The translations under genes were made by a program, and so were the position numbers. DNA of 64,000 bases from positions 960,001 to 1,024,000 of the forward strand of contig OY762209.1 of assembly GCA_963665295.1 (NCBI GenBank), written 5' to 3'. Below, piece by piece: positions 36,760-47,109 of this stretch. Each line of letters starts with the position of its first letter. The first letter of the stretch is position 1. The notes beneath the pieces were generated by a model, which saw only the letters and a list, made by a program, of their open reading frames with translations, ran no database searches and was not told the DNA's origin. Source of the stretch: Syntrophorhabdaceae bacterium (GTDB lineage: Bacteria; Desulfobacterota; Syntrophorhabdia; Syntrophorhabdales; Syntrophorhabdaceae).

Positions 36760-39582
36760 CTATCGCCCCTTCACAATGGCCGCCTTTTTGAGCATGCCCG
36801 CGGGAACCGCAACCCCGTAGAGAGCGGCAAGCTCCTTGTTCACGCCGATCCGCTCGGGAACGAAATCCTTGATGGGGATATCCTGCGGCCGCTCCCCCCG
36901 CATCACCCTCTCCGCCACCTTTGCCGTCTCGGCGCCCACCTCGAAGTAATCGGCGCCTATGGAGAGGAACGCGCCCCGCTCAATGTCGCTCGGGTCATTG
37001 GTAAAATACGGAACTTTATGGGTTTTCAAAATGTCCGCCACCGTGGAAACGGCGAGGATCACCGTATTGTCGCCCGAGGTAAAGAATATGTCGATTCCCT
37101 TGCCGAGGAGGGCCTGAAGGGCGTCCTTTACCTCGTCGGTGGAAGTCACTGTCCGCTCCATGAGCTCGAAACGGTACTTCTTTGCCATTTCCCGCGCTTT
37201 AAGGGTGCATGCCTCCGAATTGGCTTCCGAGGGGTTCCAGACGATACCCACCCGTTTCGCTTTGGGGAACACGGCGCGCATGGCCTTCATGCTCGCCTCC
37301 ACGGGCTGGAATGTGGCCACACCGGTGATATTGGGGATATGGTCCTTCGAGTTCCGCGCGACCCCCATCCGGTACGGGTCCGTCACCGCCCCGAAGATGT
37401 GGGGTATTTTCTTGTTGCCGTTTGCCGTTACCTGCATGGCGAGGGACGACACGGTGATGATGTAATCGTAATCCAGCCTCACCATATCCTGCACCACGGC
37501 CTGGGCGGTCCCGTAGTCGTTATGGGAGTTCTTCATGCTCACGGTGATGTTGCGCACCTTCAATATGCCGCTCTTGTCCAGTTCATCCGTAATCCCCCTG
37601 ATGGTCTCGGCGAGGAGGGGGCTGTCGGAGAAGGAAAAGATGACGAGCCGCTTTGGAGCCGCGGCCTTCTTTTCCGCGCTGTAAAGGAGGGTGGCCTCGG
37701 CGAGAACGGCCGGCGACAGGGTGAAACCAAGTTTCTTCGCCACATCCAGGTTCACACCGAAGGTGGCCTTGCGGTATTTTTCAAAGGGCATGGCCGCGGG
37801 TTTTTCACCCTTGATAATCCGGTCCACCAGGTGCGCCGCCTGGACGCCGCTCAACGTGTAGTCGTATCCGTACGCACCAAGGGCGCCGTCCTTAAGGCGC
37901 TCCACATCGCTCAGGAAAATGGGGATCTTTTTTGCACCCGCCGCCTTTACCACGGAGTCGAAGGCGGAAAAAACGATGTTGTCCGTGGTGAGGACAAAGG
38001 CGTCTATGTGCTTGCCCGTTAAGGAGATTGCCGCCTCGTAGACCTCCGACGAACCTGCAACCGTAGCACCCGCAAAGGTAATGTCGGGGTTCTTCGCTAT
38101 GGTCTCTCTCAATTTCTTCACATTGTAGGCGGCATTTTCCTGAGAAGGGTCCCAGATGGTGCCGACCCGTATCTTTCCGGGCAGGAATTTCGTCACAAGG
38201 CCCAGGAGCTTATCGGGCGGCACGGCCCCGTATACCCCTGTCACGTTGGCAACGTGGTCCGTGTCCGTCTTGCCCGCGCCCACGATAAAGGGGTTGGCCA
38301 CGGTGGCGAACACCACGGGACGGTCCTTAACCTTATTGACGGCCGCCTGGGTGCACCCGCTAGATATGGCAACCACCACGTCCGCCTTGTCATGGAGGAA
38401 CTTGTCGATGATGGAATTTACCGTCGTCATCTCGCCGTTGGCGTTTTGAAGGTCGATGACGGCGTTCACGCCGTCAATGTAGCCGAGTTTCTTCATCTCT
38501 TCCGCGAAGCCGTCACGGGTGGCATTGAGGAGACCGTTGTCGCTCAGTTGCACCACGCCGATGCGGACCGCCTTCGGGTCAAGAGGCGTCCGTGACGCGA
38601 GGAGTTTGTAGGCAATGCCCGAACCCGCCGCCATCACCGCAAGGACAGTGAGGCCCGCCCACACCTTGCGCGTAAAAAGGGCCCCCACAAGGGAAGCGGG
38701 GCCGCCCCTCTCCTTCAGTCCCCCTTTTGCGAAAATCCGGGGGGCGATAAGGATGATGAGCACGAAACCCGCGGTCACAAGTTTGAGGTCGATGGGGTCC
38801 AAACCCACATAAAGGGCGAGGGCCACCATGAGACGGAACATGATGGAGCCGATGATGACGGAGAGTATCATACCGTATATGGATCTTGTCCTCACCACCG
38901 ACTCTCCGATGATGACCGCCGCAAGGCCGAAGACGATGGAACCGATGCCCATCCCCACGTCCGCAAAACCCTGGTACTGGGCCACGAGGCTCCCCGATAC
39001 ACCCACGAGCCCGTTGGCGAGGGCAATGCCGATAGTCTTCATGGCGTTCACGTTTACTCCCAAGGCGCTCGCCATGGCGGGATTGTTGCCCACGGCCCTC
39101 ATGGTGATCCCGAAGTCGGTCCTGAAGAAAAGGGAAACCCCGATCCAGAAGAGGAGGATGGCGGCGCAAAAGACCATGGAGAACCATATTTCATCGGGCA
39201 GGCCCGGATTGATGCCCCTCAGGGAGGTAATGACCCCCGGCTTGGCGAGAAGCGGTATATTGGACCTTCCCATGATGTGGAGGTTGATTGAATAGAGGCC
39301 CGTCATGACCAGTATGCCCGCAAGGAGACCGTTGATATTGAAGCGGGTATGGATAAAGGCCGTCACGACCCCGGCCAGCGCCCCCGCGAAAAAGGAGAGG
39401 ATAAGGGCGATAAAGGGGTTCACCCCCGCGAGAATCAGGACGGCCGTTACCGCCGCCCCGGTGACGAAACTCCCGTCAACCGTAATGTCGGGGAAATCAT
39501 GGACGCGGAAGGTGATAAAGACGCCCATGGCCATGAAGGCGTACAAGAAACCCAGGTTTATCGCGCCGATCCAGAGCTCCAT
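36760..39582 (-). CDS. ABC permease fused to two tandem substrate-binding domains
   Basis: N-terminal FPDITVDGSF/QYQGFADVGMG permease, then two ABC_sub_bind-type repeats (NVTGV / NITGV). Confidence 0.88.
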   Translation of the reverse strand: MELWIGAINLGFLYAFMAMGVFITFRVHDFPDITVDGSFVTGAAVTAVLILAGVNPFIALILSFFAGALAGVVTAFIHTRFNINGLLAGILVMTGLYSINLHIMGRSNIPLLAKPGVITSLRGINPGLPDEIWFSMVFCAAILLFWIGVSLFFRTDFGITMRAVGNNPAMASALGVNVNAMKTIGIALANGLVGVSGSLVAQYQGFADVGMGIGSIVFGLAAVIIGESVVRTRSIYGMILSVIIGSIMFRLMVALALYVGLDPIDLKLVTAGFVLIILIAPRIFAKGGLKERGGPASLVGALFTRKVWAGLTVLAVMAAGSGIAYKLLASRTPLDPKAVRIGVVQLSDNGLLNATRDGFAEEMKKLGYIDGVNAVIDLQNANGEMTTVNSIIDKFLHDKADVVVAISSGCTQAAVNKVKDRPVVFATVANPFIVGAGKTDTDHVANVTGVYGAVPPDKLLGLVTKFLPGKIRVGTIWDPSQENAAYNVKKLRETIAKNPDITFAGATVAGSSEVYEAAISLTGKHIDAFVLTTDNIVFSAFDSVVKAAGAKKIPIFLSDVERLKDGALGAYGYDYTLSGVQAAHLVDRIIKGEKPAAMPFEKYRKATFGVNLDVAKKLGFTLSPAVLAEATLLYSAEKKAAAPKRLVIFSFSDSPLLAETIRGITDELDKSGILKVRNITVSMKNSHNDYGTAQAVVQDMVRLDYDYIITVSSLAMQVTANGNKKIPHIFGAVTDPYRMGVARNSKDHIPNITGVATFQPVEASMKAMRAVFPKAKRVGIVWNPSEANSEACTLKAREMAKKYRFELMERTVTSTDEVKDALQALLGKGIDIFFTSGDNTVILAVSTVADILKTHKVPYFTNDPSDIERGAFLSIGADYFEVGAETAKVAERVMRGERPQDIPIKDFVPERIGVNKELAALYGVAVPAGMLKKAAIVKGR

Positions 39583-39585
39583 CCC

Positions 39586-40806
39586 TTAGTCCTCCAACTC
39601 TATGAGGGCCGCCATGCCCGCTGAAAACCTCGATCTGCCGAGGAGGTGCTGCACCTTGTACACGGAGAGTTCGTCGAAGACGCGGGCCAGTTCGTCGTCA
39701 AACTCATCGATACAGGTCCCTATGGGGGCCTTGTCGAAGATGCCGCAGTGGAGGTGGAAGGCGCTTCCCTCCGAGATATGGGCCTGTTTTTCAGGGCCCG
39801 CCCCTGCCCGGTCCCTTACCGCGATGCCCGTTGCCACGATTACGTGGTTGGTATAGGCGGGCTCCACAGGGAAATCGATCCAACGGGTAAAATTCTCGCT
39901 GTCGAAGATGCCTTTGCCGTTTGCGGGCTTACGCTCCTCGATGGGCGTCCGTTTTATGTGCATGCCCCAAAGGCCCTTGCTCTCCGCCACCATGGAAATT
40001 CCGAGGGCCTTGGCAGAGGAGATTTCGAAAAAACTGTTGATAAGGGACGGGAGGTCCGCCGCGCCTTCATTCCCTGCCTGAAACGAAAGGACGTATCGAT
40101 ACTCACCGTTAAACCCGAAACCGTGGAGCACCTTATAAGTGATTCCGGGGTCTTTGTGGGCGTTAAGGACAAAGTCGACGGAAGGTTGTTTCACGGCAGG
40201 ATAGAAGAAGAAATTGTTCTTCACCACCATGGCCTCGCCAAAAAGGTCCTTGTACTCCCCGTAGGAAGACCCGAGGGCAGCGAGGCCGCAGCCGAAGACC
40301 ATGTCCGACGGCCTGACGGCAGTCACATCCTCTTCCCTGAAAGAGGCGTTCTCGGCCCTGGACTGGTCTCCCACGGGCAGGAACGACCCTTTTTCCGCCT
40401 TCCTTTCCATGTATTCCAGGGAAATGCCGAAGGTCTCCCTCTTCACGATGCCGACCCCGGAAGAACGGGCCCCGAGCAGCTCCTCGATCTCCCCTGCCTC
40501 TTTGATGGTGCGGAAAACCTGGGTGAAACCGCTCATCCTGAAGATTTCGAACACCGGATCGGTAATGCCCGCAAGGACCACCTCTCCCCCAACTTTCCTC
40601 AGCTCTTTCTGGGCAACGATGAATACCCGGAGTCCCGCGCTGCTCACATAATTGACTCCTGCCATGTCGACAACGAGGGTGCGCTCCCCCGCGAGGATAA
40701 GGTCCTCGAAGACCTTCTGGATATTCGAATAGCTGAGGGCGTCGATGCGCCCGGCCATGGTAATGCACTTAACGGAAGACAGGTCTCTCAATGTATACTC
40801 GAACAC
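39586..40806 (-). CDS. STAS domain protein with a large unrecognised C-terminal domain
   Basis: GRIDA, VDMAGVNYVSSAGLRV, IFRMSGF, plus ~290 extra residues. Confidence 0.85.
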   Translation of the reverse strand: MFEYTLRDLSSVKCITMAGRIDALSYSNIQKVFEDLILAGERTLVVDMAGVNYVSSAGLRVFIVAQKELRKVGGEVVLAGITDPVFEIFRMSGFTQVFRTIKEAGEIEELLGARSSGVGIVKRETFGISLEYMERKAEKGSFLPVGDQSRAENASFREEDVTAVRPSDMVFGCGLAALGSSYGEYKDLFGEAMVVKNNFFFYPAVKQPSVDFVLNAHKDPGITYKVLHGFGFNGEYRYVLSFQAGNEGAADLPSLINSFFEISSAKALGISMVAESKGLWGMHIKRTPIEERKPANGKGIFDSENFTRWIDFPVEPAYTNHVIVATGIAVRDRAGAGPEKQAHISEGSAFHLHCGIFDKAPIGTCIDEFDDELARVFDELSVYKVQHLLGRSRFSAGMAALIELED

Positions 40807-40919
40807 GGCGCTCGTCCTTAGTGTTTAATGGTGATTCTCAATTATCAACAGTTTACCACAGTCTGAAACCGGGATCGAACAAATATCTCCGCCCGGGGCA
40901 GCCTTAGGGTCCGGCCGCC

Positions 40920-42769
40920 CTAATGTGGGTTCTCGTCCCTCACCGTCACCAGGACCGGGTCTCCCCACGTGTCCGCCACCGTGCCTTTAAGACACAAAAG
41001 GTTTACTATTTTTATGCCCGCGGCAGCAATTATAATTACGATAAGGACCATCACGAAAGCGCAGAGGAACGCGAGGAGATAGAGTTTGTTCGGCAGATAA
41101 TTCACCGTTATGTTGATAAAGCCCGCCCAGAGCGTGATTATTGCCACCCCTATTCCGGGCAGAAGGGTTATCCATATATATTTCTTCTCCCGAGACGGAT
41201 AAGCATTGCGGTTACAATAATCAGGGCGCACGCGGCAAGGAGCTGGTTGCTCACCCCGAACAGGGGCCAGATGGTGGCGATGGTGGCCGTGTAATGCAGG
41301 TATCCCCACGCAAAGGTAAAGACCGATCCCGTGATGAGCATCCCGGGGAGCCAGCGATGGTCGTTGAATTTCGGAAAAACTTTGCCGATCATCTCCTGGA
41401 GGAGAAATCTTCCCGCCCTGGTTCCCGCGTCGATAAGGGTAAGTATGAACACGGCCTCGAACATTATGGCGAAATGATACCAGTATGACATCAGCTTTTC
41501 CATGGACGGAATTTTTGAAAACACATAGGCCATGCCCACCGCAAGAGAAACCGCCCCACCGGGCCTTCCCTGAAGGTTCTCCTGGACCATGGCGGAAAGC
41601 CGGGGAAGGTCGAGGGGCTTCATGCCCAATGCCGCGAACGCTTCGGGCGATGAATTGATAGCGAAGTAATCGGCGGGAACAAGAACGGACGCGGCCACGA
41701 GGGCCATCATGGCCACAAGCCCCTCGAACAGCATGGCTCCGTATCCCACGAAGAGAATATCCTTTTCGCCGGCGATCATCTTTGGCGTGGTACCGGAAGA
41801 GATGGTCGCATGGAACCCGGAGATTGCGCCGCATGCGATAGTAATAAAGATGAACGGGAAGACACCGCCCGGGACAACGGGTCCGCCTCCATGGGCAAAC
41901 TGCGTGACAGGGGGCATTTGAAGGGCGGGCTGCACAAAGATGATGCCCGTGCCGAGGGCAACGATTGTCAGGATCTTCAGGAATGTGGACAGGTAATCTC
42001 TCGGGGCAAGGAGCAGCCACACGGGGAGCACCGAGGCGATAAACGCATAGGCAGGGAGCAACAAAGATATTTGTCTCTTGCTCAGACTGAAAAACGACCT
42101 GAGCATGGGGATTTCCGTAATGGAATTACCAAAAAACACGGCGAGAAACAGAAGGACCACACCGAAAATACTCGCTATGGCAATGGACCTGTTTCCCGGT
42201 CTCCTCATGATAACACCCGTGATCAGGGCGGCAGGCAGGGTAGTCTCCACCACGAGCATCCCCCATGGACTTTCCGCAATGGCGTTTGTCATGGACATGG
42301 ATCCCCCGGCAATGGTCAGAACGAGGATAAGGAGAAAGGCGATGGAAGAAACCGTACCCGCTGTTTCTCCGATCTCGCTTCTCGCGATGTTTGCAAGGCT
42401 CTCGCCCCTGTGCCGGACCGACGCGAAGAGGACGACGATGTCGTGAACCGCACCCCCCAGCACTGCCCCGATCAGAATCCAGAGCGCGCCCGGCAGAAAA
42501 CCGAACTGGGCGGCAAGGACCGGCCCCGTAAGCGGGCCCGCCCCTGCTATGGCCGCAAAATGATGGCCGAAAAGGACAAAACGGTTGGTCTTGTGGTAAT
42601 CCAGGCCATCGGCCATGGTCTCGGCGGGCGTCGGCCGTGCCGGGTCCACCCTGAGGACCTCTGTCGCGATAAAAAGGCCGTAAAAACGGTACGCTATGGC
42701 GAAGACACACAAAGCGGCAAACACGAGCACCGCTGAATTCATTCCCGTCGACAACACTTTGCTCTCCAT
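40920..42769 (-). pseudogene. cstA: Carbon starvation protein CstA, frameshifted near 41185
   Basis: GHHFAAIAGAGP, ACGAISGFH, WPLFGVSNQLLA; the C-terminal KYIWITLLP... TM segments lie in another frame. Confidence 0.85.
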
Positions 42770-43040
42770 AAGAGTTGCATCCCCTGCGACTGTTTTTGTG
42801 TTCTGTAAGACCGTCCCGGCTTTCAGGCAAGAATATCCGCCCTCTGACCATTCATCGTCACGGGGCGGATATTCTTAACCCGACTTCATGAAAGCAATAT
42901 AACAGATTTGCACAAAAATCGAGGGCTATCTGCCCTCCCCTCCGTATCCTTTTCATTGCCTGTTTCGTCTAACAGGTAAAGGGCGTGGATTTCGAGGGTT
43001 CGGCGCCTATGGCGCTCCCTCGGTGGAAGGAGGCGAGGCA

Positions 43041-43236
43041 AATGTGGTTCTGGTGTGGTACATGTTACAGCCTGTGGTGGATGTTCCCCATCATGTTCAT
43101 CCTGTGGGCGATAGTGATGTTTCTCGCCATGAGGGCCTTTTTCGCCGGTCGGCGCTCCTGCTGCACACCCTGGAAGGGATGCGGAATCAAGGATGACGGT
43201 TACGGGCATGAAAGACGGGCATCAAAGGAGGAGTGA
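43041..43236 (+). CDS. Small membrane protein (MWFWCG...)
   Basis: GGAGG RBS, single TM segment, C-terminal CC motif. Confidence 0.55.
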
Positions 43237-43237
43237 A

Positions 43238-43540
43238 ATGAAGGACATGATGAAGATGATGGCGAACGGGTGAGGCGCCCCGGCATCGACGGCAGGCGCC
43301 GTCCCTGAAGGAGCACCGGAGACCTCCGATACAGGGGGCCTCTTTGATGAGTTGTTGAAATGTGTGGAGAAGAGGATCATGGAGTCGCTCAGGGAGCAGC
43401 GCGCGCCCGCGGAGATAGCCCGCCTACTCGGAATCTCCGAAAAGGCCATGGTCACGCTGGTTTACAGGATGGCGCAAAAAGGCAGTATCCGTATTACGGA
43501 AATAGAACCGGTGAAAGGAGATGGAAAGAATGAACGATGA
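43238..43540 (+). pseudogene. Small wHTH-like protein with an in-frame TGA at 43271-43273
   Basis: GGAGG + ATG 43238 in frame with 43352..43540; MKDMMKMMANG*GAP... Confidence 0.6.
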
Positions 43541-44033
43541 AGCGATCTGCGGAAAACAGGAAGCGTGTGCCGGGCCGGCCGGCTACGAGACGGTAAGGAT
43601 TGAAAAGACGAAGAACGTATGCCCCATGTGTGAGGACTATGCCCGGCAGCAGGCGTCGAAGGCAGTAGTGGTGATGTGCTGTGAAGGGGCATGTCTCAGG
43701 GGCGAGATTGCGAGACAGGCCGCGAACATCCTCTGCCACAGGCTCGCGCCCGAGAAGACCGTGAGGCTCTGCCTGGGCGGCGCTTTCACAAAAGACACAG
43801 GCCAGAGAAGCCTCGCGAGAAACGGCGCAAGGGTAATAGCCATCGAAGGTTGCTTTCTCGAATGCGCAAGCCGCATGATGAAAGGGGTGATCCCCGGCCT
43901 GGCCCCTGAAGTGGTGATCGCAGACAGGCTCTATGAGTTCGACCGCACCCTCTTCGGCATCGATCAAATGCCCGAAGACCGGATAAAGGTCCACGCCGGG
44001 GAAGTGGCAGCCAAGGTGCTCACTCTGTTATAA
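43521..44033 (+). CDS. Putative zinc-binding (DGC-domain-like) protein
   Basis: CPMCE, CCEGAC, AIEGCFLECA. Confidence 0.8.
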   Translation: MERMNDEAICGKQEACAGPAGYETVRIEKTKNVCPMCEDYARQQASKAVVVMCCEGACLRGEIARQAANILCHRLAPEKTVRLCLGGAFTKDTGQRSLARNGARVIAIEGCFLECASRMMKGVIPGLAPEVVIADRLYEFDRTLFGIDQMPEDRIKVHAGEVAAKVLTLL

Positions 44034-44043
44034 TGGTAGGTTA

Positions 44044-44604
44044 ATGGAGACGAAGCCGAGTTTCGAAGAGATTTACGAAACCCTTCACGTCAAGGTCCTC
44101 CGCTACCTGACAAAGCTCGTCGGGGAGGCGGAGGCCGAAGACGTAACCTAGGAGACTTTCGCAAAGATAAGCCGGTCCCTCGAAGGTTTCCGTGGACAAT
44201 CACAGCTCAACACATGGGTCTACAAGGTAGCCACCAACACGGCCCTGGACCGTCTCCGCAGCCGCGCCTTCAAGGACCCCGCAATAGTGAACATCGAAGA
44301 AATACCCGCAAGGACACCCACTGCCGAGCAACAGGCCATCCGCGAGGAAATGAACGCCTGCGTCCGCGGAGTGATCGACCAACTCCCCGACGACTACCGA
44401 ACCGCGATAGTCTTAAGCGACCTGGAAGGCTTCAAAGACGCCGAAATCGCCAAAATCCTGGGCCTCACCCTATCAACAACGAAAATCCGCCTCCACCGGG
44501 CAAGAACCCGCCTGAAACAGGAACTCTCCACCCGCTGCGTCTTCTACCGAAACGAAGAAAATGAGCTATCCTGCGACGTTAAGCCGGGAGCAGGTGAGAA
44601 ATAA
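44044..44604 (+). pseudogene. ECF sigma factor with an amber stop at 44149-44151
   Basis: AEDVT*ETF (normally D.xQE.F), TWVYKVATNTALD, region 4 TTKIRLHRAR. Confidence 0.88.
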
Positions 44605-44850
44605 CGGGAGCACAACAAGGCAATCAACCCTCCCCCATGACCCGTTATCCGGTCGGAAGGTTTTCTCTTGACTGGATCAAGTTCCATTGATATCATTCGA
44701 CTGTGTCACGGGTGTTTAGTGTTATTTTACGATGTTAGACTGACGCTCTATTCTCAAAAGGACACGGCGTTTGTCCATACTTGAGTTCTCTCATGTGGCG
44801 CCGGCAAATAACGTGCAACCGGACTTCAATTCAATCTGGAGGCAACGGTA

Positions 44851-46143
44851 ATGGCTAAGATAGATGGAATACGAATACAGAACTTTAGAGTCCTCAAAGA
44901 CGTAACCCTCGGAAAGCTTTGGAGTTTGCAACAGGCGGAGCCTCTAACCGCGATGACAGCCGTCATAGGAAAGAATGGAGTTGGTAAGAGTACGCTTTTT
45001 GACGCGTTTGGCTTTTTGTCCGATTGTCTCAAAAGTGGCGTAGAAGAAGCATGCGATCTGCGAGGGCGTGGCGGGTTCGACAAAATTCGTTCTCAAGGGC
45101 AGGACGGCCCCATTAAATTTGAGCTTTACTATAAAGAGGATGGCAATGCCCGTCCAATAACCTATGAGCTTTCCATAGACCTTGACCACATGCATCGCCC
45201 CTATGTTCAAGGAGAGCGACTGAGGCAACGGCGAAAGGGGCAAAAACACGGTTGGCCCTTTTCGTTCCTTATGCTTGACAATGGCCGTGGGGTCGCTTGG
45301 AAGGGAGAGGAGGAAGGTCGTCAGATTGATGAGGGCAAGGGCGATTTTGATCCGTCAGAGTTCATTAGAACAATCATAGAAGAATATGGCAAGGAAGAGA
45401 GCAGGGAAACCGAGGTAGTGGAATTGGAGGACATGAGGAAACTTGGCATCGCTACCCTCGGGTCGCTGAAACAACACCCCCGTATCTCAGCTTTTCGACG
45501 CTTTATGGAAGGTTGGTACCTCAGTTATTTTACCCCGGACGCTGCCCGAAGTCTACCTCTCGCTGGCCCACAAAGGCATCTCAACATTCACGGCGATAAT
45601 TTGGGAAATGTGGTTCAGTTTATGGAGAGGGAACATCCTAAAAAATTCAGAGCGATCTTGGATCAGATTGCAGCGAAAATCCCCGGCATCAATAAGATAG
45701 ATACCGAGAAGACGCCCGATGGGCGACTCCTTCTTCGCTTCAACGATAAGGGATTTTCAGATCCATTCTATGCGCAACAAATGTCCGATGGGACTTTAAA
45801 GGTGTTTGCGTATTATTTGCTGCTTGAAGACCCTACGCCTCCACCATTTTTATGCATTGAGGAGCCGGAAAATGGCCTTTATCACAAGCTGTTGGAATCG
45901 TTAGCAAAAGAATTCCGAGACCATGCCACTGGCCAAAAAGGCGGTTCGCAGATTTTCATCACTACTCACCAACCGTACTTCGTCAACGCTCTCGCCCCCG
46001 AGGAGGTGTGGATTCTAGACAAAATCGGTGATGGTTTTTCAACAATCCGTAGAGCAAGTGCCGACGCCCTTGTGTCCAACATGGTTAACGAGGGATTGCC
46101 GCTAGGTGGTCTATGGTATAGTGATTACTTGGATATACGGTGA
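44851..46143 (+). CDS. ABC/SMC-type ATPase (AAA_21/AAA_15)
   Basis: IQNFRVL, GKNGVGKS, MSDGT, IEEPENGL, TTHQP; codon usage less GC-biased than core genes. Confidence 0.93.
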   Translation: MAKIDGIRIQNFRVLKDVTLGKLWSLQQAEPLTAMTAVIGKNGVGKSTLFDAFGFLSDCLKSGVEEACDLRGRGGFDKIRSQGQDGPIKFELYYKEDGNARPITYELSIDLDHMHRPYVQGERLRQRRKGQKHGWPFSFLMLDNGRGVAWKGEEEGRQIDEGKGDFDPSEFIRTIIEEYGKEESRETEVVELEDMRKLGIATLGSLKQHPRISAFRRFMEGWYLSYFTPDAARSLPLAGPQRHLNIHGDNLGNVVQFMEREHPKKFRAILDQIAAKIPGINKIDTEKTPDGRLLLRFNDKGFSDPFYAQQMSDGTLKVFAYYLLLEDPTPPPFLCIEEPENGLYHKLLESLAKEFRDHATGQKGGSQIFITTHQPYFVNALAPEEVWILDKIGDGFSTIRRASADALVSNMVNEGLPLGGLWYSDYLDIR

Positions 46144-46147
46144 TATT

Positions 46148-46840
46148 GTGCACTTTGAAATCCTCGTTGAAGATACTTCGGGAAAAAGACTTCTTGAGGC
46201 GCTGGTCCCAAAGATACTAGGCGCGAACGGTGGACCTCATACATGGCGCATCATTTCATACAAAGGCATTGGACACATACCGAAGGATTTGCGGGGCAAA
46301 CTTGATCCGTCAAAAAGGGTACTACTCGACCAACTGCCAAGATTGCTGGCAGGCTATGGGAATACGTATCCGAACGGTCTACATGATACAGTTGTGGTCG
46401 TGGTTATAGACTGTGACGACAAGAAGTGCGATACTTTTCTCTCTGATCTGAATCAAATTTTGAACATCTCCATCTCTAAACCTGAGACATTATTTAGACT
46501 GGCGATTGAGGAATGTGAAGCGTGGTTGTTAGGAGACAGGGCAGCGGTTACACAAGCGTATCCTCGAGCAAAGAAGACAGTCCTTGATGGATACATTCAG
46601 GATTCGATCTGTGGCACGTGGGAGAAGCTGGCCGATGCCATTTATCCAGGTGGAGCAAAGGCCCTCGAGGGAAGGCCTTATTTTGAGGTTGGTACCGTAA
46701 AATGCGAGTGGGCTGAACGAATCGGTCAATACATTAACGTTGAAACGAACGCATCATATAGTTTCGGTAAACTCCGTGATGGCTTGAGGAAGCTTGCCGG
46801 GAAAGCAAGGGACACGAACCGAGAACTGCAAAGGACATAG
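46148..46840 (+). CDS. DUF4276-like (TOPRIM-like) protein
   Basis: GTG start; EILVEDTS, VVIDCD, AIEECEAWLLGD. Confidence 0.82.
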   Translation: MHFEILVEDTSGKRLLEALVPKILGANGGPHTWRIISYKGIGHIPKDLRGKLDPSKRVLLDQLPRLLAGYGNTYPNGLHDTVVVVVIDCDDKKCDTFLSDLNQILNISISKPETLFRLAIEECEAWLLGDRAAVTQAYPRAKKTVLDGYIQDSICGTWEKLADAIYPGGAKALEGRPYFEVGTVKCEWAERIGQYINVETNASYSFGKLRDGLRKLAGKARDTNRELQRT

Positions 46841-46899
46841 TCAGGGATTGAACTGGACAGACTGATCCGCCGAAGTATTGTCACAAACCTTGCCAAGCC

Positions 46900-47109
46900 G
46901 GCCTTTATTTCCGGCATCGATCAATTGAAAATAAATAAGATGTGCCGGGTGGTGTAGGCGGGGGCATGGGACGGGGACTTCAGATTCGTTGTTCTGTGAG
47001 GGTTCGCAGGGCGTCGTCGTACTCAAGTACGACAGAGCACGCGTACCCTTGCAGAGCGGCGGAGATGGAGTTTCCGTTCTATGCCCCCACCTGCCCACTG
47101 AAACTAAAC
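46900..47109 (+). repeat. 210-bp structured element, copy B (long hairpin ~46949-47098, apex GTCGTAC-TCAA-GTACGAC)
   Basis: Same length, same 5' 22-mer and same 3' AACTAAAC as copy A. Confidence 0.9.

Noticed and set aside
36091..38022. Long plus-strand ORFs (643 aa here; 788 aa at 46989..49355; others opposite core genes)
   Set aside because: Antisense shadows typical of GC-rich coding DNA
42829..42876. 14-bp-arm inverted repeat upstream of cstA
   Set aside because: Real hairpin but single copy, and no function can be assigned
44149..44151. Pyrrolysine readthrough of the TAG in the ECF sigma
   Set aside because: Position is normally Gln (CAG), so a single C>T change explains it; neighbouring genes are also decaying
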